Origin: Armatimonadota bacterium
Lineage (GTDB): Bacteria; Armatimonadota; UBA5829; DTLH01
Assembly: GCA_039680575.1 (NCBI GenBank)
Contig: JBDKSP010000097.1
Location: 1 to 30,748, forward strand
Reading direction: 5' to 3'
DNA: 30,748 nt
Shown here piece after piece: positions 25,338 through 30,748 of this stretch (within the stretch, counting starts at the first letter, position 1; every line of letters starts with the position of its first letter). Below the pieces are notes generated by a model, which saw nothing but the letters and a program-made list of their open reading frames with translations, was not told the DNA's origin and did not search any database. Both the position numbers and the translations under genes were made by a program.

Positions 25338-26336
25338 CTATCTCCTCGCCAGCGGTTCGGACGCATAGGAATCGAGATCGAGTCCTGACCTTTCGCCCAT
25401 CATATACCTGTAGTAACCTGCGGTTGCGGCCATGGCGGCGTTATCTGTGCAGAGTTTGGGCGGCGGGGCGCTTACTGATATGCCTAGATCTTCGCCGCGT
25501 TCCTTCATTTGCTTCTGGAGCCCTTTGTTTGCCGCTACTCCTCCGGCGACCAGCACTCTCTTCACTTTTTTCTGCTTAGCGGCCTCGAAAGTGTTCTTGA
25601 CGAGCACGTCGATCACAGCCTGTTGGAAGCTCGCGGCGACATCCTGCAGCGTTACCCCTTCTTCAGGCTTCTGAAGATAGCGGATTACGGCGGTTTTCAG
25701 GCCGGAAAAGCTGAAATCGAGCGAGTCTCCGACCCTTGCGCGGGGGAACCGGACTGCTTTCGGGTTTCCTTCCTCAGAAAGCTTGTCGATAAGCGGCCCG
25801 CCGGGATAGCCGAGCCCCATAGCGCGCGCGGATTTGTCGAACGCCTCGCCTGCGGCATCGTCCCTGGTCCGGGCAAGCATCTCATACTGCCCATGACCGC
25901 TCATGTAGACTATGTCGGAGTGCCCGCCGGAGACGATCAGGCAGACCACGGGAAACTCGATGTCCGGATTTACGAGAAAATTGGCGTAGATATGCGCTTC
26001 GAGGTGGTGAACACCGACAAGCGGGAGATTTGCAGCCCATGCGATGGCCTTTGCCGCCGATACCCCGACAATGAGCGCGGGAATGAGCCCCGGGCGGTTG
26101 ATTATCGCAACCGCGTCCAGGTTATCGAACCCCAATTCCGCTTCATTGAGCGCCTGCTGCACTACAGGGTTAATCAGCTCGACATGCCTGCGTGACGCGA
26201 CTTCAGGCACGACCCCGCCGAAGCGCTGGAAAAGGTCTATCTGAGATGACACGACATTCGAGAGGATTGTCTTGCCGTCTTCGATGATCGCTGCGCTTGT
26301 CTCGTCGCAGCTCGTTTCTATTCCGAGGATTTTCAT
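25338..26336 (-). CDS. tsaD: tRNA N6-threonylcarbamoyltransferase
   Basis: ILGIETSCDET, GGVVPEVASRRH, HHLEAH, VSGGH, DDAAGEAFDK, CTDNAAM. Confidence 0.97.
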   Translation of the reverse strand: MKILGIETSCDETSAAIIEDGKTILSNVVSSQIDLFQRFGGVVPEVASRRHVELINPVVQQALNEAELGFDNLDAVAIINRPGLIPALIVGVSAAKAIAWAANLPLVGVHHLEAHIYANFLVNPDIEFPVVCLIVSGGHSDIVYMSGHGQYEMLARTRDDAAGEAFDKSARAMGLGYPGGPLIDKLSEEGNPKAVRFPRARVGDSLDFSFSGLKTAVIRYLQKPEEGVTLQDVAASFQQAVIDVLVKNTFEAAKQKKVKRVLVAGGVAANKGLQKQMKERGEDLGISVSAPPPKLCTDNAAMAATAGYYRYMMGERSGLDLDSYASEPLARR

Positions 26337-26887
26337 GTTGCTACTTGATCTATTTCTTCTTCCTGTTCGATAGCGGCGGCTTCGTCTAAAAGATTTTGCT
26401 TTAGCCTTTTCAGCATATCCTGGTAGCCGGGGGAGAACATATCATCGACCCACATTATTATAGCGTCTTCGTCATTATCGCTGTAGTATCCCCGGCGGAT
26501 AGCGGCCGGAACGAAGCCGTATTTGCGATAGAGGTTCTGGGCTACGTCGTTGCTTTCGCGGACCTCCAGAGTGGCCCTGCAGGCTCCGCGCCGCTGCGCT
26601 TCTTCAAGCATTGCGATGAGTATCTGCTCGCCGATCTTCCTGCCGCGGTATTCGGGATCGACCCCGATGGTGGTGATGTGGGCTTCGTCCATGATGATCC
26701 ACATCCCGGAGTAGCCGACGACTTTACCGTCTATTCGCCCGACGACATAGTAAGCGGAACGGTTGACCAACTCCGTCATATATGCGCTCTCGTGCCATGG
26801 AGTCGTAAAACATTGCTTTTCGATCTCCATTACCCTCTGCACGTCTCCGCGCTGCATCTGTTCGATCTTAACCCGTTGTGTCACCAT
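26333..26887 (-). CDS. rimI: Ribosomal-protein-alanine N-acetyltransferase (GNAT)
   Basis: DEAHITTIGV, RGRKIG, LEVRESN, LYRKYGF, RRGYY, EDAIIM; coupled to tsaD by an ATGA overlap. Confidence 0.92.
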   Translation of the reverse strand: MVTQRVKIEQMQRGDVQRVMEIEKQCFTTPWHESAYMTELVNRSAYYVVGRIDGKVVGYSGMWIIMDEAHITTIGVDPEYRGRKIGEQILIAMLEEAQRRGACRATLEVRESNDVAQNLYRKYGFVPAAIRRGYYSDNDEDAIIMWVDDMFSPGYQDMLKRLKQNLLDEAAAIEQEEEIDQVAT

Positions 26888-26911
26888 CGTCGCCCTTGTC
26901 GATATGCCGGA

Positions 26912-26940
26912 AGTCTAGCACGAATATACCCTCATGTCAA
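26912..26940 (-). promoter_or_regulatory. Sigma70-type promoter of rimI-tsaD
   Basis: TTGACA (overlaps the upstream TGA stop), 17-nt spacer, TG-C-TAGACT. Confidence 0.7.
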
Positions 26941-27581
26941 CGAAATTCGACCTCACGACGTCGCTGCTGCTTCTTTCTGATCGAGACAGTCCCTAACCCC
27001 CAAACTGCAAATCCGAGGATTCCTATGGAAGACGGCTCAGGAACGGCTGTAACCGAAAATTCATGGTTTTGCGGTGTGTATATATCGTTTTCAAGCGGAC
27101 ACCGTACCAGGTAGTCCCAAAGTACAAGGGTTCCCGTTACCGGCTCGCCGAAAGGCTGCTCATACTCATAGTTTTGATAGGTCTCAGCCCAGTCTCCATC
27201 AAATCTGTAGCCGAGCAGAAGCTGTGTCGTGTAACCGGAAGGCGTGTCAGAAGCCCAGTTGATGTACCCGCCGTGTTTGTCATAAATGAATGTCGCGTAA
27301 GGGTCCCGAATGATGCTACCAGTTTCGTCTATTGTTCCCGCCACTGCCCAATTACCTGAAAATAGCAGTTGCCAGGTATGGGTGCTCGACCCGCCACCTC
27401 CGGTGGATGTTGCTGTACTGTTTAGCGAAAGCCTTCCGCCGCTGAAGGTGAAGGTCAAGTCGCGGGGGCAATACTCGTCGCTCGGCTCCCACGAAGGGTC
27501 CATCCGAAAAACAGTCCATGTATCGGCGTGAACAGCCGAGACAGTAAAAATGGTCAGCATTGAAAGAATTAAGAGTCGCAT
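26937..27581 (-). CDS. PEP-CTERM sorting-signal protein (214 aa)
   Basis: Signal peptide MRLLILSMLTIFTVSAVHA; C-terminal AVPEPSS + TM + RKKQQRRR; AAAGGAG SD before ATG 27581. Confidence 0.9.
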   Translation of the reverse strand: MRLLILSMLTIFTVSAVHADTWTVFRMDPSWEPSDEYCPRDLTFTFSGGRLSLNSTATSTGGGGSSTHTWQLLFSGNWAVAGTIDETGSIIRDPYATFIYDKHGGYINWASDTPSGYTTQLLLGYRFDGDWAETYQNYEYEQPFGEPVTGTLVLWDYLVRCPLENDIYTPQNHEFSVTAVPEPSSIGILGFAVWGLGTVSIRKKQQRRREVEFR

Positions 27582-27598
27582 GGTCTTTCTCTCCTTTG

Positions 27599-27732
27599 CA
27601 TTTTGAAACGCGGATTGCACGGATAGAACAGATTTCGTGGATGGTGGAGATTTACAGTATCTACCACTAGACTCTCAATTTCCACTAATCCCTTTTCGCG
27701 TTTTTCGTGCTTCTTCGCGCAGTTCGCGATTC
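27599..27732 (-). mobile_element. ~130-bp MITE-like dispersed element, copy B
   Basis: Aligns end to end with 20124-20249. Confidence 0.75.
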
Positions 27733-27745
27733 GAAATTCCTTTCC

Positions 27746-29863
27746 TCAAAACGGACACGTCCCCGCAGGGCAGCCACCGGCGAACTCTGACTCAGCTGAC
27801 ACGATTTCATCCTCTCCAAGTTCGCGGGCGAGTACCGGGCCGATGTAAAGCACCTGCTCGGACTTGCTGCCATAGCGGTAGACAGTTATCCCCTTGCAGC
27901 CCAGTTCGTAAGCCATCAGGTAGATCTTTCGGACATCATCCGGCGTTGCCTCCCTCGGTAAATTCACTGTTTTCGAGACTGCATTGTCCGCGTAACGCTG
28001 GAACGCAACCTGCATACGGACATGCCACTCAGGATCGATGTCCATCGATGTCACGAACAACCGCCTTACATCCTTCGGCACTTGCTTTATCATCTGTATC
28101 GACCCGTGGCGGGCGATCTCCATCATCAAATCGCGTGAATAGAAACCATGTTCCTTCGCAATCCTCTCGAACTCGCTGTTTACTTCGAGGAGCCGCGTTC
28201 CCTCCATCACATCCCGCACGAATGCGACAGCAAACAAAGGCTCGATCCCGCTCGATGCACTTGCAATGATCGAGATCGTGCCGGTAGGAGCCACAGAAGT
28301 GACCGTGGCGTTCCGCCGGGGTCTTGCTTCCGGCTCATCCCAAACACTGCCCTCATAGTTCGGAAACGCTCCTCTCTTCTCCGCCAGATCCTGCGACATC
28401 TTCACAGCCTCATCGCGGATGAAAGCCATTACCTTTTCACCGAATGCGAGCGCTTCTTCCGAGTCGTAAGGGATTCCGAGGTAGATCAGCGCGTCTGCAA
28501 GTCCCATCACGCCAAGCCCGATCTTCCGGTTTCTATGGGTGATCCCGGTTATCTCCGGCAGAGGATATTTGCTCGCATCTATAACATTGTCCAGAAAATG
28601 GACCGCGGAACGGACCGTCTTTCGGAGTTTATCGTAATCCACTTCTCCGCCGGCCATCATCCTGCCAAGGTTGATCGACCCGAGATTGCACGACTCATAC
28701 GGAAGGAGCGGGACTTCTCCGCAGGGGTTGGTAGCTTCCATCTGTCCGATACGGGGTGTGGGGTTTGCCTGGTTTATCCGGTCGAGGAAGACAAGTCCGG
28801 GGTCGCCGTTCTGCCAGGCGTTTGCAACGATCATATCGAACACATTTCGGGCACGGAGCCGTTTTACGGGAGTATTTGTGCGTGGGTTTATCAGGTCATA
28901 CTCGGCATTGTCTTCTACAGCCTGCATAAACGCGTCGGTTACGCTTACCGAGATGTTGAAATTATCCAGCGCTCCCGTTTGAGACTTCAGGGTAATGAAC
29001 TCAAGGATGTCGGGGTGATCGACTCTCAAAATTCCCATATTCGCGCCGCGCCTTCGACCGCCTTGCTTGATGGTGTTGGTTGCTTCGTCAAAAATCTTCA
29101 TAAAGGAGATCGGACCGGATGCTATTCCCATCGTCGACCTGACCAGGTCGCCTTTTGGACGGAGCTTCGAAAACGAAAAGCCGGTCCCTCCGCCCGACTG
29201 GTGGATGAGCGCCATGTTCTTCAGCGCGGTGAAGATGCCGTCCATCGAGTCTTCTACGGGGATAACGAAGCAGGCAGCAAGCTGCCCGATGGCTGTTCCG
29301 GTATTCATCAGCGTCGGGGAGTTCGGAAGGAACTCGAGCCTGGACAGAAGCCCATAAAACTCCTCTTCAACGTTGGGGAGGTCTGCTTTCGGGTCATAAT
29401 TGCCATCAGGTGCGGCGATAACGCGCGCAACTCGCCTGAAAAGCTGTGACGGGGTCTCGACTACATTCCCGTATTCATCCCTGACAAGATACCGGCGTTT
29501 GAGAACACTGACTGCGTTTATTCCGAGCTTCAAATCGTCTTCGACGCCGATGAACCGCTTAACACTCCGCATCTCAGCGCGCTGTTCCCTATAGAGTATG
29601 TAAGCCTTGGCGGTCTCCGGGTAACCTTCTTCCATCAGGACACGCTCGACTATATCCTGAAGGTCTTCAACTCGCGGGGTTTTTCCCGCGAACCGCTCCG
29701 TGACAATGGAAACCACCCTTCCGGCCAATCGTTCCGCCACATTCGCATCTTTCTGGTTCGTGGCGTCAAGAGCTTTACTGATTGCTTGGGTAATCTTCCA
29801 CGGATGGAACTCCTCCGTCCGCCCATCGCGCTTTAGTATCTTGTCAATCGCAGCATGAGCCAT
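27746..29863 (-). CDS. nrdJ: Class II (adenosylcobalamin-dependent) ribonucleotide reductase with N-terminal ATP cone
   Basis: KRDGR ATP cone, NSPTLMN, ACFV, GGGTG, TNPCGE, SCNLGSINL, APTGTIS, C-terminal CPAGTC; no adjacent beta-subunit gene. Confidence 0.88.
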   Translation of the reverse strand: MAHAAIDKILKRDGRTEEFHPWKITQAISKALDATNQKDANVAERLAGRVVSIVTERFAGKTPRVEDLQDIVERVLMEEGYPETAKAYILYREQRAEMRSVKRFIGVEDDLKLGINAVSVLKRRYLVRDEYGNVVETPSQLFRRVARVIAAPDGNYDPKADLPNVEEEFYGLLSRLEFLPNSPTLMNTGTAIGQLAACFVIPVEDSMDGIFTALKNMALIHQSGGGTGFSFSKLRPKGDLVRSTMGIASGPISFMKIFDEATNTIKQGGRRRGANMGILRVDHPDILEFITLKSQTGALDNFNISVSVTDAFMQAVEDNAEYDLINPRTNTPVKRLRARNVFDMIVANAWQNGDPGLVFLDRINQANPTPRIGQMEATNPCGEVPLLPYESCNLGSINLGRMMAGGEVDYDKLRKTVRSAVHFLDNVIDASKYPLPEITGITHRNRKIGLGVMGLADALIYLGIPYDSEEALAFGEKVMAFIRDEAVKMSQDLAEKRGAFPNYEGSVWDEPEARPRRNATVTSVAPTGTISIIASASSGIEPLFAVAFVRDVMEGTRLLEVNSEFERIAKEHGFYSRDLMMEIARHGSIQMIKQVPKDVRRLFVTSMDIDPEWHVRMQVAFQRYADNAVSKTVNLPREATPDDVRKIYLMAYELGCKGITVYRYGSKSEQVLYIGPVLARELGEDEIVSAESEFAGGCPAGTCPF

Positions 29864-30354
29864 ATTGCCGCCTCACTTTCGAATGAATACCTGCTATTTA
29901 CCCACGGTTTATGCGAATTATTATATTTAAAGTATGAGCAGGCCATAGAGTTGTGATTTAAGCTCGTTGTCATGCCATTGGCGGACTATTTCCACATTTA
30001 GGACTATGTTTCACAATTATAACCATCATTCAGGCTTGTGAGATGGGAGGAAAAGTCGGTATGTAGATGCCGAAATTACATTTTCCCCTAAATATTTTCT
30101 TTTAAGGGCACTTGGGAAGGAGGAATGTACGCGGGTGCTGTCGAATAAAATGCGAAACAGACGCATGTTATTGGCCAAAGTGACAGGCATAAAGACATCT
30201 ACAGAGTTTTGGCAATTGATCTAGCGAGTAAGGAATATTATTTCAGCCAAAACTCAATAGTGTCGGCTCGTATACTACCATTTATAGGCCAGGCTGCTTG
30301 GATAATCCGGCAGTCAGGCAAAGGAATTACATTGGGGAGGGAGGTGACTTATTA

Positions 30355-30498
30355 ATGGAGGCATATTGCGTAAAGTGCAAGGCGAAGAGGGAGATGAAGG
30401 ACCCTCAGCCCGTTACTATGAAGAACGGAAAGCCGGCGACCAAGGGGACCTGCCCGGTATGCGGGACCGGTATGTACAAGATCGGACCCAGCAAGTAA
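30355..30498 (+). CDS. 47-aa zinc-ribbon protein, DUF5679-like
   Basis: MEAYCVKCKAKREMKDPQPVTMKNGKPATKGTCPVCGTGMYKIG; GGAGGTGA SD before ATG 30355. Confidence 0.9.
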   Translation: MEAYCVKCKAKREMKDPQPVTMKNGKPATKGTCPVCGTGMYKIGPSK

Positions 30499-30525
30499 AA
30501 CGCATCCGGTTATAAAGAAAAGTGT

Positions 30526-30554
30526 TGGCGGGCTCGCAGTAGCCCGCCATTTCT
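30526..30554 (+). terminator. Intrinsic terminator
   Basis: tggcgggct-cgcagt-agcccgcca-tttct. Confidence 0.75.
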
Positions 30555-30605
30555 ATGTAAGTCGCTGCGATATTGGGTTCAAAACCCCCTTTTGGCAGGT
30601 ATCCA

Positions 30606-30664
30606 TAAAAATATACAAAATATGTGAAATAGCGCTTGACAAGGGGTGTGGGGAGTAGTATTAT
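30606..30664 (+). promoter_or_regulatory. Strong sigma70 promoter with AT-rich UP-like element, pointing out of the window
   Basis: TTGACA 30636-30641, 17-nt spacer, TATTAT 30659-30664; A-tracts upstream. Confidence 0.75.
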
Positions 30665-30748
30665 AAGTGAGTCGCCCGGGGCGGTAGATTGCTCTGGGCT
30701 TATTTATGCCGAGGGGACAAAAAAGTGATTGACTTTAAGATGGCTCTG

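Noticed and set aside
24860..25579. ORFs crossing the mutL-tsaD gap (also 20108-20482 and 21734-22171)
   Set aside because: They are translations of repeat DNA without SD or recognisable domain
28148..29449. 433-aa antisense ORF and other long shadow ORFs (7821-8852, 17167-17946, 23629-24471)
   Set aside because: They lie opposite conserved genes, have no motifs, and are expected from codon bias
29989..30004. NrdR box upstream of nrdJ (tttccacatttaggac)
   Set aside because: It fits only the core positions, has poor flanks, and has no convincing tandem partner
29864..30350. Cobalamin riboswitch upstream of nrdJ
   Set aside because: No B12-box or conserved core recognisable by eye
1..30748. 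Sigma-54 -24/-12 promoters
   Set aside because: Intergenic TGGC candidates checked by eye (~22988, ~30210, ~30593) lack the exact GG-N10-GC spacing

Overview
Bacterial chromosomal window, probably from a diderm organism. It encodes a PEP-CTERM protein and a beta-barrel-like protein, and the gene style suggests Armatimonadota or a relative (inference only). Housekeeping genes are rpoN, dnaE, gpsA, mutL, tsaD, rimI and a class II ribonucleotide reductase (nrdJ). Accessory blocks are an SMR/ArnF-like flippase with two GT-C-like membrane glycosyltransferases, a four-gene cluster (cysteine hydrolase-like, beta-propeller, deacetylase-like, DegT aminotransferase), tandem MATE transporters, and small Cys-rich proteins, one of them absent from the ORF track. 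The least explained structure is non-coding. Many intergenic gaps are mosaics of several short repeat families, usually starting just after a stop codon, including a ~130-bp MITE-like element and a TA-flanked palindromic mini-element nested inside a REP. The first MATE gene and mutL share the same promoter-proximal hairpin/U-tract leader. RpoN carries a CxxC-x6-CxxC insert. No transposase, integrase, CRISPR array, tRNA or rRNA gene was seen. All alignments were done by eye.
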